Shown here in pieces: positions 22,687-33,900 of a stretch of 64,000 bases of DNA (positions within the stretch are counted from its first letter, which is position 1; the number at the start of each line of letters is the position of its first letter). Location of the stretch: assembly GCA_020184695.1 (NCBI GenBank), contig JAANOX010000273.1, forward strand, positions 62,001 through 126,000, given 5' to 3'. Position numbers and translations under genes: made by a program. Under the pieces are notes generated by a model that saw only the letters and a list, made by a program, of their open reading frames with translations, was not told where the DNA came from and searched no databases. The DNA comes from Histomonas meleagridis 2922-C6/04-290x. Lineage: Eukaryota > Protista > Parabasalia.

Positions 22687-23084
22687 TATTATGGCGGTTT
22701 TTTATGTGGACATTTTTTGCTGTAAGGGATGTAACTCATAATTTCATCCACTTTTTCAATAACCTGAGTATTCATTTTTTTTACAAGGATAACTTTTTCA
22801 ATTAAATTCTAAAAATTAAAAATATAAATATTTAGCTCTATAATTGTGTTAGAAGGTTTTTTAATGTAGTCTGATCAGTATTACTTGTTGTGCATATAAT
22901 TTTATATTAAAAATTAATTCTGTAAAGAGGATCGTTGATTGACTCCTATTCATTAAAATTTTGCAATGTTTTAAGTTAGATTTCTATTCAAAGACAAAAC
23001 ACAATATTTCACCAAGTTAAAAGCCAAAAAACTTATACAAAGATAATAACATTTTTGAATAAAAAAATTCGATACATTTTTTTA

Positions 23085-23678
23085 TTACTTTTCCTTAGCA
23101 AGCAACTCACAAATAACGCCCATCACATCATCTGGGTTGTTCTTGTGTGTCCACCCAAGATGAATTGCTTCTTGAAATGCAGGAACAACATTTGCACCTT
23201 TTGCAGCAGATGTGTAATAAAGTGGGTAATTATGTGAAGCCGGCCACTTAAAGTGTTTTTTTGTAACTGATGGGTTTAAATCCATTTTGTTGGCAAGTAC
23301 AATAACTGGAATTTGATTTCTTTGTGAAACTAATTGTTGGTTCCATTCTTCGAGATGTTGATATGTTTCTTTTCGTGTTGCATCAAAAACAAGAATAGCT
23401 GCATGAGCACCATAGAAAAATGCAGGATGAATACTCTCAAATCTTTCCTGACCAGCAGTATCCCAAATGCTTACCAATATATCTTTACCTCCAATGTTCT
23501 CATGATGCTCATATAATGTTAAAGCATATGTTGAATTATTAACCGGATTATATTCTTTTAATAAAAATCTTTCAACAAGTTTAGTTTTACCTACTGCACT
23601 ATCACCAAGAAGTACGAGCTTCAAATCAGCACGAGATACATTTGATTGGGGAAAAAGTTCAGAACCGTCCTGTGACAT
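23085..23678 (-). CDS. RABL2: Rab-like 2 GTPase (ciliary/IFT-associated)
   Basis: LGDSAVGKTKLVERFL, STYALTLY, WDTAGQERF.S.HP and ANKMD; no prenylation motif. Start at 23678 preferred (23711 possible). Confidence 0.85.
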   Translation of the reverse strand: MSQDGSELFPQSNVSRADLKLVLLGDSAVGKTKLVERFLLKEYNPVNNSTYALTLYEHHENIGGKDILVSIWDTAGQERFESIHPAFFYGAHAAILVFDATRKETYQHLEEWNQQLVSQRNQIPVIVLANKMDLNPSVTKKHFKWPASHNYPLYYTSAAKGANVVPAFQEAIHLGWTHKNNPDDVMGVICELLAKEK

Positions 23679-23895
23679 TGGTCTGCAGACGCCTGTGTTA
23701 ATGTAAACCATTTAATACGAAATTTGTGTTCTTATACGAAAAGTGCTGTCCAAAAACGTTTCTGAGGTTTTAATACCAAAATTTAATAAGTTTGTTAAAC
23801 TTCTAATGAATTGCGGCTATTGCAATGATATTTCACTGAAAAATGAATTGTTAATAAATAAAAATATTTTTTATTTTTCACAACAATAATATTAC

Positions 23896-25470
23896 TCATT
23901 TCCTTCTTGGTCTAAATCCGCCCTTTCTATGCAGTTGTTGATACATTATGATTTCTTCTTCTGCAGTTCTTTGTTTCTTCTTCTTTTTCTCCACTGGCTT
24001 TATCATATCCGGTTTGCTTCTGCATTCCTCAGGCACCAAATCCGCGTACTTATTATTGTATTCTTCTTGTTTCTTCCTCAAGTTCTTTAGCTCGGGCATC
24101 ACTGGCAATCTCACGAGCCCAAATGAATTACCGAGTGCTATGAAATCGACATCTTTTTTCATTAATATTAGTTTCAACCTATGTTCGCCATAAGCTCTTG
24201 CGTATGATACCATAGCCCTAATTGATTTTTGATAAAAGTCTTTGTTTTCTTTGGCATGTTCTCTTATCTTATTTAGAATTTCTTCTGCATTTTCTGGAAT
24301 TGGAATATTCTCTTCTTCCATTGGTACCTTTTCTGCAATCATATAATCGACATAACCTTTGCGTTCCTCATGATCTCGAAGAAACAAAATCGCATTACCT
24401 TTGTTACCTATACGTGCAGTACGTCCAACTCTATGTATAAACATATTCGGATCTTGTGGCGCATCAAACTGAATAATCCAATCAATGTCTGGAATATCAA
24501 TGCCACGTGCTGCAATATCAGTGGCAAGTAATAATGAGCCTTCATTTTCACGAAAATCAGAAAGTGATTTTTCGCGATCACTTTGCTTCATTTGGCCATA
24601 GAGCGAAATAACATTACGCTCAGTACCAAAAAGAAGTTGAAGAACTTCATGAAAATATTCAACAATGGCACCTGTTAGCAAGAAAATGATACATTTCTTT
24701 CCTAGGGCTGTAGTGTTAAGGAATAAAACAAGTTGTGTGAGCTTATAATTATCATCAACAATGGCATAATAGTTGACAAGTTCACTGGGAGTGGCACCTT
24801 CGCTTTTGATGACAAGGAAAATGGGATTACGCATGCCGGTGTAACAGATGCTTTTAAGGGAATCTGTTAATGTGGCAGAAAATAATCCAGTACGACGTTG
24901 CTTAGGAAGGGCTTGGAAAATAGCGGTGAGATGAACTTCCATTCCCATTTTGAGAATTTGATCGGCTTCATCAATAATAAATAATTCAAGTCCTTTAAAC
25001 GTTTTAGGTGGAACTTCAGTAATAAATTCATGAAGTTTGCCGGGCGTAGCAACAATTACATTTGGTTGATTTGCATTGTAATGTTCAAGATCTTCTGATA
25101 AGGGGCATCCTCCAATAAAGAGTTGAGGATTGAGATATGGATGATATTGTATAAATGATTGACAAACACTAAATACTTGTTGGGCTAATTCGCGTGTAGG
25201 TAAAAGGATTAAAACTGATAAATCCTTTGGTGATGTTTCTGATTTTTTCTTTAAATATTCAATAGCAGGAACTAGGAATGCAAGCGTTTTTCCTGATCCT
25301 GTAGTTGCTTCTGCAGCTACATCTTTATGATTCATAAGATGAGGAATAACATTCCTTTGAACAGGAGTCATCGTAGGAAAACCAAGTTTTTGAAGTGATT
25401 CTATTGTTTCTGGTGATATTGAGTTTGGTACAATGCTATTGAGATCTTCCCATGGGCCTGCATTGGTCAT
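23896..25470 (-). CDS. DDX55: DEAD-box RNA helicase, DDX55/Spb4 family
   Basis: MTPVQ, TTGSGKT, PTRELA, DEAD, SAT and HRVGRTARIG motifs, plus the Spb4-type tail SYARAY.EH.L. Confidence 0.88.
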   Translation of the reverse strand: MTNAGPWEDLNSIVPNSISPETIESLQKLGFPTMTPVQRNVIPHLMNHKDVAAEATTGSGKTLAFLVPAIEYLKKKSETSPKDLSVLILLPTRELAQQVFSVCQSFIQYHPYLNPQLFIGGCPLSEDLEHYNANQPNVIVATPGKLHEFITEVPPKTFKGLELFIIDEADQILKMGMEVHLTAIFQALPKQRRTGLFSATLTDSLKSICYTGMRNPIFLVIKSEGATPSELVNYYAIVDDNYKLTQLVLFLNTTALGKKCIIFLLTGAIVEYFHEVLQLLFGTERNVISLYGQMKQSDREKSLSDFRENEGSLLLATDIAARGIDIPDIDWIIQFDAPQDPNMFIHRVGRTARIGNKGNAILFLRDHEERKGYVDYMIAEKVPMEEENIPIPENAEEILNKIREHAKENKDFYQKSIRAMVSYARAYGEHRLKLILMKKDVDFIALGNSFGLVRLPVMPELKNLRKKQEEYNNKYADLVPEECRSKPDMIKPVEKKKKKQRTAEEEIIMYQQLHRKGGFRPRRK

Positions 25471-25562
25471 TTGGATTGTGGTCAAGCAGAGTCATTTGAA
25501 AAAGTAGAAAAAATTCAGATATGTGATGTGAAATGATACAATTAACGTACATAGGATTTTGG

Positions 25563-26699
25563 ATGGACAAAGGAAAAACCACTCGAAAAAAGCCAATAAG
25601 TCCACGTTTGAAGAGTACGAGTGGTGGCTTTACGCTGTCTCAAAGAAATAAGCAAAATCTTTCAACATTTCAAACAGAAAATTATTCCGATTTTTTTTTT
25701 CAAAATAATCCTATTGATAAAAGACCACCCAACGAAAAGCTTGAAGAAATACATGAAAAGCTAATGGATGATAATTTGGATTATAATGATCGTTTAAATC
25801 TATTGGCACAAAAAAAATCTCTTTGTTTTTTATTTTATGGGGAAGGATCATACGAATTTTTTAATTCAATCAAAGATCTTGGTGTTTTTTATAATTTACA
25901 AAATCGTCCAGAAAGTGCAATTCGTCATCTTTCCAGAGCAAGTTCACTAGCATCTCGTCTTGATCTAACAGAAGAAGACAACATTTCCTTAGCCATAGAA
26001 ATTGCAGATGCTCATATCAAACTCAACTCAAGTAACAAAAAAGATCGTTCCAATCAAATTCGTATTGCCAAAAATACAATTTCTCCGTATTCTAAAGCCA
26101 ACACTAGTAATGAAACTCTTAATTACAGACTTAATCTAATTCTTGCCAAAATAAAATCGTATTACAAAGATCATGATTCAGCGTCCACATTATTTAATAA
26201 AGCGATTGATCATTTAATAAATTCACATAATGGAAAAGAAACATCAGAATGTGCCAAACTTTACTTTGAAATTGCAAAGTTTAGTGAGAGTAATGGCGGA
26301 AATCAATTAGCTAAAGAAATGTATGAACGAGCATATCAATCATTTATAAGGCTTAAAATGGTTGAATCTGCAAGTATCGCCAGAACTAATCTTGAAAAAT
26401 TTCCAAGTTCAACTGAAACAAGTGATGAAAACATGCAAGAAACATATGGAACAAGTGAAATATCGGATCATGTGATAGAGGAAGAAGATGATCTAAAAGA
26501 AGAATCAATAATTGAAACTTCACATGAAAATAAAGATGAACAAAGTAAAGAAATGAAAACACAAAGCGATCAAATAGATTTAATAGATTTGGAATCCAGT
26601 TCTACATCAGATTCAATTTCTTTTTCAATTTCAAAAAGTTCACTAAGTGAACAATCAACAGATAACTTCGCATCTTCATCAGATGTTGGAAATGGTTAA
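25563..26699 (+). CDS. TPR-like helical-repeat protein with acidic, Ser-rich tail
   Basis: Long ORF with TPR-like patterns (LGVFYNLQNRPESAIRHL, AKLYFEIAKF...AKEMYERA). Confidence 0.7.
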   Translation: MDKGKTTRKKPISPRLKSTSGGFTLSQRNKQNLSTFQTENYSDFFFQNNPIDKRPPNEKLEEIHEKLMDDNLDYNDRLNLLAQKKSLCFLFYGEGSYEFFNSIKDLGVFYNLQNRPESAIRHLSRASSLASRLDLTEEDNISLAIEIADAHIKLNSSNKKDRSNQIRIAKNTISPYSKANTSNETLNYRLNLILAKIKSYYKDHDSASTLFNKAIDHLINSHNGKETSECAKLYFEIAKFSESNGGNQLAKEMYERAYQSFIRLKMVESASIARTNLEKFPSSTETSDENMQETYGTSEISDHVIEEEDDLKEESIIETSHENKDEQSKEMKTQSDQIDLIDLESSSTSDSISFSISKSSLSEQSTDNFASSSDVGNG

Positions 26700-26849
26700 A
26701 ATATCGAATAAAAAAATAAAGCAAAACCTGAAAATGTAACAGCTTCAGAAAAAGAACAAAACAAAAAGGCTGAGATAACATTACTGCAATTCAGAAGTAT
26801 ATGGAATTTCTGAAGGATTTCCTTCATAGAGTTAAAAGTAACGTGATGA

Positions 26850-27070
26850 AGATACACCATTATCAGATGCAATCATAAGTGCTGTTTCAATTAATTTAAT
26901 AATTTCCAAATATTATTTTAAAATATAAAAATTATTAAAATGAATATTAAATAAAACAAATAAAAATATTTTTAGTATTAATATCAATTCCTTTTTTTCA
27001 AAAAGTAATTTAAATACTTCTCCATAACCATTTTTAGCTGTTAAAATAAGTGCTGTATTAATTTTTTATT
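26850..27070 (-). pseudogene. Ankyrin-repeat gene fragment carrying an 82-nt insert
   Basis: NTALILTAKNGYGEVFKLLFEKKGIDINTKN, then the insert at 26886..26967, then TALMIASDNG. Confidence 0.7.
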
Positions 27071-27464
27071 ATTATTTTGGTATATTAAAATAATTTAAGG
27101 AGAAATTACTTTTTGAAACTTCAGGATTTTTTATGCTTATTAATTTGCTAGTATACATATATATAAGATATTTTTAGAAATCATTTTTTTATTCAAAAAT
27201 ATATTATAGTTGATAACATAAATTCGATAATTTTCATGAAAAAAACAAAATTCTACACAATGACTAAAGTCATTCGTTTTCCGCTCAATAATAAACGGTC
27301 TTTCATTCAAAACTAATCACCTTTCTCACAATTATCTCGGGACACCGTTAGATTTAACCGGCCGGTTTGACATTCAATTAACTGGACGAACAGATAATTC
27401 AGAAAGTTGTTTGCAACTTTTTGAATGATGAATTTGAATGTGCACTTTTATCCATATTTTTATA

Positions 27465-29117
27465 ATGAGCATTGCATATGGAACAATATCACATAATCAA
27501 AATATCATCAATTCAGCGCAAGCAAACGTTGGAAATCAAACTATGATTGACAACGCTTCCAAAGATCCAATTTTAAATATTCATGTTTCTTGCGAAAATG
27601 TCATTAAGTTAGATATTGGTTCACCAAGTGACCCCATGTGTGTACTTTCCATTCCAGTGAATGGAAAATATTGCGAAGTATCACGGACAGAAGTCATTTG
27701 GGATGATCCAAATCCAAACTGGGTCAAATTTTTCCAAGCCATGTATATTTTCGAGACTCACCAACCTCTTCGTTTTACTGTCTATGATTGTGACTCAGAA
27801 AATCCAGATTTATCCAAACATGACTTAGTTGGCTATGCTGATACAGATATTCAAACATTAGTTTCTAATGGTCCAACCCAATTACGCATTGAATTAAAGC
27901 ATCCACATGCCACTAACAAGCGTGGTACCTTAGTAATTACAACTGAACAAGCAGCTCAATGCGGATCAATAGTTTCAGGTATGTTATCAGTCAGTGATCT
28001 CCGCAAAATGCGCACATTTTCACGCAACTGGCCCTATTTCATATTATCCAAGCCCAGCGAAAGTGGCAAAAAGTTACCAATCTTCAGATCAGAAGTTATT
28101 CCTAAAAAGTACAGATGCACATTCAAGAGTTTCCAAGTCCCAATCCAAACCCTATGTAATGGAGACATTGAGATGCCCATTACTATCTCCATTATGGACT
28201 TTGTCAAGAATCGGCCAGATGTATTAATCGGTTCAGTCGAACGCTCCATCTCACAGTTAATGGAAACCCAAAACACGCCAATTGAGATCTCCTACGTTGA
28301 CAAGAAGAAGAAGAAGACCAAAGCCGGCTACATCAGATTCAACAATTTGCAATTAATTCACAAGCCTACGTTCTGGGACTACATGCGCAGCGGCCTCCAG
28401 CTGAACATGATCACGGCCATTGATTACACCGCGTCCAATCGCGATCCGCGTGATCCACGATCATTACATTTCCTTCATAACGATGGCATGATGAACCAAT
28501 ACGAGACCTGCATCTACAACGTCGGCAGTGTCTTATGTCCGTATGATAGTGACCAACAATTTCCTGTCTATGGATTTGGTGGAAAGATCAATGGCGTCAT
28601 CAACCATTGTTTCCCGTTAACATTTGACCCGAACAATCCGAACGTCAATGGGTTAAATGGCATTCTTGCTGCGTATCGACAGTCATTAACATGCGTGCAA
28701 TTGTCAGGTCCTACATTGTTTTCTCCGGTGATCAGAGCTGCGACAGCTGTTTCGATACAGTCATGGAACGAGAGCAAAACGTACACAATTTTGATGATAA
28801 TTACAGACGGAATAATTAACGACATGCAAGAGACAATCGACGCAATTGTACAAGCGACAGACGCGCCTTTGAGTATAATCATCGTCGGAGTCGGTAACGC
28901 TGACTTTAGCGCTATGGACCAATTGGACGCTGACGAGGTGCCATTGGTCTCTTCAGGCGGAATCAGAATGAAAAGAGACATTGTGCAGTTTGTGCCGTTC
29001 GTTAAGTTCATGAACAATGGTAACGTCGGACTGGCGGCGGAGGTGCTGGCTGAGGTGCCAAGACAGGTGGATGAGTTCTGCGCATCGCATGGATTTATTC
29101 CAAATATTGCTGATTGA
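27465..29117 (+). CDS. Copine (C2-C2-vWA)
   Basis: SDPMCVL...RTEVI.DDPNPNW, AIDYTASN, LSGPTLFSPVI, IITDG and RDIVQFVPF motifs. Confidence 0.95.
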   Translation: MSIAYGTISHNQNIINSAQANVGNQTMIDNASKDPILNIHVSCENVIKLDIGSPSDPMCVLSIPVNGKYCEVSRTEVIWDDPNPNWVKFFQAMYIFETHQPLRFTVYDCDSENPDLSKHDLVGYADTDIQTLVSNGPTQLRIELKHPHATNKRGTLVITTEQAAQCGSIVSGMLSVSDLRKMRTFSRNWPYFILSKPSESGKKLPIFRSEVIPKKYRCTFKSFQVPIQTLCNGDIEMPITISIMDFVKNRPDVLIGSVERSISQLMETQNTPIEISYVDKKKKKTKAGYIRFNNLQLIHKPTFWDYMRSGLQLNMITAIDYTASNRDPRDPRSLHFLHNDGMMNQYETCIYNVGSVLCPYDSDQQFPVYGFGGKINGVINHCFPLTFDPNNPNVNGLNGILAAYRQSLTCVQLSGPTLFSPVIRAATAVSIQSWNESKTYTILMIITDGIINDMQETIDAIVQATDAPLSIIIVGVGNADFSAMDQLDADEVPLVSSGGIRMKRDIVQFVPFVKFMNNGNVGLAAEVLAEVPRQVDEFCASHGFIPNIAD

Positions 29118-29647
29118 ATATGATAGAAGTGAATTAAGTAAATGATTTTTTAAGTTAAATGTATTAATGTGTTCGGCGATTGATAGAAAATGTAATTAAT
29201 TCGAATAATCGATAAATGTATGACCAAAAATCAATTAATATCATACAACGAACTAATGAATCAAATATCAAAGAATGATAAAACAGGTAAAATACCAAAT
29301 CGGATGGTCATTTTTTTAAGTTAAATGGGATCAATATATCAATGATATATTATTATATTCAGCTTTAAATATTAAAAAATTCTAATTAATTTTTAGTGAC
29401 GTGTTCTTATTAATATATATATCCACAATATTAATAGGAATTCTTTAATTATTTGTTCGCTTGGATAAGTTTCATTAATTTTTCTTGTTTGATTTAATCC
29501 AATAAAAAAAATATTTTCCGATATTCTTCAATATTAGCAAAATAAGGTAAAAAATATGATAAAAATTCCAAAAACTTAAAATTTGTTTTATCTAAAATTC
29601 CTTCTTCATTAAACTTGTTATTAATATGAGTTGAAATTAATGTTATT

Positions 29648-29655
29648 AACGGTTA
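29648..29655 (+). promoter_or_regulatory. M3-like Myb-recognition motif AACGGTTA upstream of H3
   Basis: Fits the trichomonad M3 consensus; retained as GACGGTTA (37446) in the duplicated promoter. Confidence 0.45.
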
Positions 29656-29826
29656 ATGGGGGCGCCTCAAATTTCATTCAAAAAATGGCGGCAAAACAAA
29701 AAAGTAATTTGATGTCGTTTTATATCTATGTTTTTGAATTATGAAAAAGTTTAGAATATATTTCAAAATAAATGGGAGTAAAATGGCAATTTAGTATAAA
29801 GAAGTTTTCCCTCCATTAAATGAATT

Positions 29827-29833
29827 TCATTTT
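29827..29833 (+). promoter_or_regulatory. Initiator (Inr) TCATTTT of H3
   Basis: Trichomonad Inr consensus TCA(T/C)(T/A), 5 nt before the ATG. The same motif precedes ATGs at 9706, 12862, 37637 and 52301. Confidence 0.7.
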
Positions 29834-29838
29834 ATTGA

Positions 29839-30255
29839 ATGGCTCGTACTAAACAAACAGCTCGTAAATCTACAGGTGGTAAGACACCACGCAAATCACT
29901 TGGTGCTAAGGCAGCACGTAAGTCAACACCAGTTGTTGATTCACAAGGAGCAAAGAAACAACATCGTTTTAGACCAGGTACAGTTGCACTTCGAGAAATT
30001 CGTAAATATCAAAAGAGCACAGATCTATTAATTCGTAAGCTTCCATTCCAACGTCTTGTTCGAGAAATTGCGTCCGGTTTTAGAGGAGATCTTCGTTTTC
30101 AATCATCAGCTATTGCAGCACTTCAAGAAGCATCAGAAGCATATCTTGTAGGACTTTTTGAAGATACGAATCTTTGTGCTATTCATGCTAACCGTGTTAC
30201 TATTATGGAACGTGATGTTCAACTTGCACAACGAATTCGTGGAGAACGCAATTAA
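29839..30255 (+). CDS. H3: Histone H3, trichomonad type
   Basis: [22 protein letters not shown]...[17 protein letters not shown]; full histone fold. Confidence 0.99.
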   Translation: MARTKQTARKSTGGKTPRKSLGAKAARKSTPVVDSQGAKKQHRFRPGTVALREIRKYQKSTDLLIRKLPFQRLVREIASGFRGDLRFQSSAIAALQEASEAYLVGLFEDTNLCAIHANRVTIMERDVQLAQRIRGERN

Positions 30256-30938
30256 ACTTAAATAAATATTTATACCTGTTAGTTACTGTTAATAGCGATA
30301 ACCGCCTGGTTTGAATTCCAAACGATCGTTAATGTTTTCCAAAATTCCAAACATTCTGATGTCTGATTAGGGTAAACCTTTCATTATATTAAAAAAAAAA
30401 AAAATTACTTGAATTTGACTCTATACCAACAGATATATGTAATAGTAATGGCGTTAATACTTTCATAAGCTTTGGAGTGTTTTTTATTTCTTCTTCTTTT
30501 ATTTGAATTAACTTTAAATAATTTTACTATTTTATTTTCCCCTTACTTTTAATGAAATTAAACATATTTTATTCATTGATTAATTCTTATTCGATAAATT
30601 TGTTTTTATTATGGTGACCGTTTAGGATAAGGTCAATTTTGTTATAGGTTGGGAATGTTTTATTTGGATTTGAAATTACTTTCACCATTTGAATTGCTGT
30701 TACTATCATACCGAAAACACTTAAATTTAAGTTGTAATGGTTAAAGCTGTTTGACTATATTTCATTTTATCTCTCCATAGAACTAATTAAAAAAAGTTAT
30801 ATTCACTTAAAACACAACTTGCTCAATCATTACATCAGCAATTTAATTAGATACCACAAATTCCATAACTATACATTACATTAAATATTCGCAAAATTAT
30901 ATAAAACGAGATTGAAGGAATTTGATGCTTTTTATTCT

Positions 30939-33900
30939 TTAATTTGGAAATTCTCTGAAGTAGTCAAGGTGGATATATTTCTTTTGTGGGATTCCATGTT
31001 CCTTTAAATATTGATCGATATCAGCATCAATTTTGATTGCCAAACTTTCCATTCTTGGTGCATATGACAAAATTATTGGAATGCAATCCGGAACTTTACC
31101 TCTTTTAATGTTTACTGTGACGCCTTCAGCCATTTTATGGTCATGCTCTTGTGCGATTTGGAAATTATAAATCCAAACGTAATGTTTATTAGGCATAATT
31201 ACAACTTCTCCATCGCCAAACGATACACGCATCCCTGAACCATCTGGTGAAGGTTCATATACGAAAGTGCGACTTAAGAATTTATTAGTTCCATAGTTAG
31301 AACAATACATATTAATACCTTTTGTAACTTTTTGAAGGTTCCATTTTTCGATTGCATTTCCTTCGAATTCGATTAATATTTCTTTATCTTTAATAGTATC
31401 AATATATTCTTTATATAATTTATTTCTATTTTCAGCATATGTTTGTTGTCTATTAACATCATAATCATGAGTCATTTTGATAAATTTAGAAACTATTTCT
31501 TTGGTATCATCTTCTGCCTTTTTATTATATGATTGATAATATAATGCACGTGTTATTGGATAATTCGTTTGTTTCTCATTAAATAAATCACATAAATTTT
31601 GATATTTAGTTTCAACAATAAGTTGCCATTCATCATATTTAACATTATATGAAATATCTTCATCTAATAAATTAGGTAAAGGATATGCTGTACGTATTTT
31701 ATATGGACATGATTCTGGTGTCATATCAAGTGCTATAGCTAGATCAGAGATTGGGAATATTGTTATGATTACATTATCAGAATATATCTTCCTCATACTT
31801 TTCTGACTTGGATAAGTTATACCTTGTGGATATGAAAATACATCTTCATATATCATTTTTACACGAGTTCCATAATCAGATTTATTTTTCAATCTTAATT
31901 TAAACCATAATGTGTCTTCACATTGATATTTTTCTTTAAAGATATATTGATAATCATTAGAATCAAATCTTTGTTGATGAAGTAAATGTAATATATCAGC
32001 TGTAATATGATCAATTGTAAGTATTCTAAATCCTTGACTTAATACATCATTAAAATCAGATAACTTTTTGATGACACATTTTGAAATTTCTTCACCAGAA
32101 GGCAACATAGAGAATATAGATTGCTTCTCATCAGTTGAAGGTGAACGTAAAAACATTGGGAAACATCGACTAACAAAGAAATGTAAATGTGGCACAAAAC
32201 CAAATGTTGATAAACATTTAGAAAATGATTCATCAATTAATTTTTCGGATTCTGAATCATGATAATTCATACCTAAAAGATAATCGACATATGAAAATGC
32301 TTCTAATATTTGTGTTGGATTATTTGTATTAATAAGTTTTTGTATTTTAGACTTTATTGATGGTATTAATACATTTGTTTCATATGGATAAAATACAATT
32401 TTTGATTGATCTAATTGAACACTTTCGAGTGCTGAATCAATTAATTTCTTGTTATTTCCATCATACAAATTCAAGTTTTTAATAGAATTTAATAATTTTC
32501 TAATAATATTTTGAAGAATTAGAATTCGACTATTATTATAATTTATACCATAAATATCATCTCCATATTTATTAGTTGTTAGAAATGCATTAATTAAAGA
32601 TGCTGCATTAAGTACAATTAATGTATTATATAGATCAATGCAATCTTTTACTTCTTTGTCCATTGATGAATATCTAAAATTAGGTGAAGTAGTTATATAT
32701 ACTTCTAATAATACAAGAAAATGTTCAAATTTCATATAATCTTTTGTTGTATTACACCAATAATATAATGGATTTTCCATTTTTCCATTAGCATATTGAA
32801 TAATTGTATCTTTAATTTTATCAAGTTCATTATCAAGCCAATTAATACAAGCGCCTCTTAAGAAAGAGGCATCAAATGGAATTTCAATATTTTTATCAAC
32901 TTTAAAGAATTTTAATACTCGCATATATTCGCCACTAATTCTTTTAGCTTTACATTTTCCACTATTATATTTATTAATATAATTTTTAGCATATTCTTGA
33001 AATTCTTTATTATGAGTTTTAACTTGATAATTTTCTTTTTCTGTTAATTTCCTTTCAATTATATTAATTGTTTTACCTGTTTTAGATTTGTAATCTTGAT
33101 AAAGTTTATCCATTTCATCAAGAATTGTACCACGATCAAGATTTTCTATATTATCATTAACACCTTTAAATAAATTAATTGTAGTATTACGTCCTAATAT
33201 ACTTTGTAAAAGAACATATTCATCAATATTATTTGAATATTCCTTTAACTTTTGATTAATCTTTTCAAATGCTCCTTTAACTAATTTTACAGAATCAAGT
33301 TCTTGATTTTGGAATTGACATGCATACATATAACAATGTCTAATAATTTCAGTTGTCATTGAACCATTTGTAAAAATTTCTGGTTCGAAAACTTTTGTTT
33401 TATTATATGTTTCGAGAAGTAATTGAGAAAAGTTATCAATAGGATCAATTGGTGGTTTAGGTGCGATAATCTCTTTCTTAGCAAGCATTTCATTAACATG
33501 AGCCATTAATTCTTCATCAAAGAATTCTTTTTCAATTCCATTTATAATTTCCATTATATCAGATCTATTTTGATTTTCATTTGATATTGCTTCAAGAGCA
33601 TTTCGACATTCTTGCACTCGGACTGCTTCATGTATTTTATCATTTAGATGCCTTCTTTCTTGTTGATAATATTCTTTAAATTTCTTAATTGTTGGTGGTA
33701 TTGTTTCTTTAACAGCATCAATTTGATTTAATATATCGAATTTGACAGATAATGTATCAATTTGATCTTTATATTGATCATAAAGATCAAATGCTTTTTT
33801 AATTTTATATTCATATGAAATAATTTCTTCTTTTTTATCCATTAAAGAATAAGGATAATAACGTGAATCAAAATGATCGTATAACATTCTTTTAAGTTGT

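Noticed and set aside
22690-23000. Continuation of the MULE on the far side of the virus
   Set aside because: No MULE motifs in any frame, so a clean insertion of the virus into the MULE is not supported.
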